This document shows positions 63,540 to 64,000 of a DNA stretch of 64,000 nt, piece by piece. Location: positions 21,886,001 through 21,950,000 of the forward strand of contig CM120641.1 of the NCBI GenBank assembly GCA_051362555.1, written 5' to 3'. The stretch's first letter is position 1, and the number at the start of each line of letters is the position of its first letter. The position numbers and the translations under genes are program-made. The notes below the pieces were generated by a model that saw nothing but the letters and a program-made list of their open reading frames with translations, did not search any database and was not told the DNA's origin. The DNA is from Lingula anatina. Taxonomy: Eukaryota > Animalia > Brachiopoda.

Positions 63540-64000
63540 GTGTGGTGTAGTTTTTGCCTAGTGTGGCCCATAGTATTTGCCTGTTGTGGTAAACATTTCT
63601 TGCTTGGTGTGGTCCATAGTTGTTGCCTGTTGTGGTCCATGGTTGTTACCTGGTATAATTGCAATTTGTCCCCTGCAAAGTTGCTGTCTATTGTGCTCAA
63701 CTTTTGTTGATTAAAGCAGTGCCCATAGTAGGTCTTAGTGTGGTCCATATCTATTCCCATATGAGGTCCACAGATGTTTTGATGTTGAGGTCCATGGTTG
63801 TTGCTTGAAATGGCCCACAAAAGTTTTGTCTGACATGGTTCACACATTGTTAAAAGCAATGCCCATGTTTTACAAGGTGTGGTCCATGGTAAATGGTTGG
63901 TGCAAAATATGGTTGCTGCCTTGTGTGTGCTGTAAATGTTAATTAGTGTTGTCCGTGATTATTGCCTGGTGTGGTCCACAATTGTTGCCAGGTGTGGTTC
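63540..64000. repeat. degenerate ~21-bp minisatellite
   Basis: Recurrent gtgtggtccat(a/g)gttgttgcc motif. Confidence 0.75.

Overview
AT-rich, intron-rich animal genomic DNA. It is probably a lophotrochozoan (mollusc-like), inferred from the repeat families. Eight protein-coding genes can be reconstructed from splice signals and recognisable protein motifs: the 3' end of WDR20 (+), a complete cytosolic HSP90 (-, ends MEEVD), a myristoylated stathmin-domain protein (-), TRMT6 (+), mitochondrial sulfide:quinone oxidoreductase SQOR (-), hinderin/KIAA1328 (+), a 107-aa NDUFA4/C15orf48-family protein (-) and the first two coding exons of a CELF3-6-type RNA-binding protein (+). Several structures are not shown by the ORF track. 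HSP90 introns hold two C/D-box snoRNA candidates, one with an 11-nt guide to a conserved 28S motif, plus a decayed paralogue. KIAA1328 has a U12 AT-AC intron containing a 662-bp TIR transposon with a RecQ-helicase remnant. TRMT6 has a GC-AG intron. There is also a bipartite RTE-derived retroposon and Harbinger-, Kolobok-, hAT- and Helentron-like non-autonomous elements. Three gene pairs here (WDR20-HSP90, SQOR-C15orf48-like, KIAA1328-CELF) are recalled as also being neighbours in human. All calls come from manual reading; no database searches were run.
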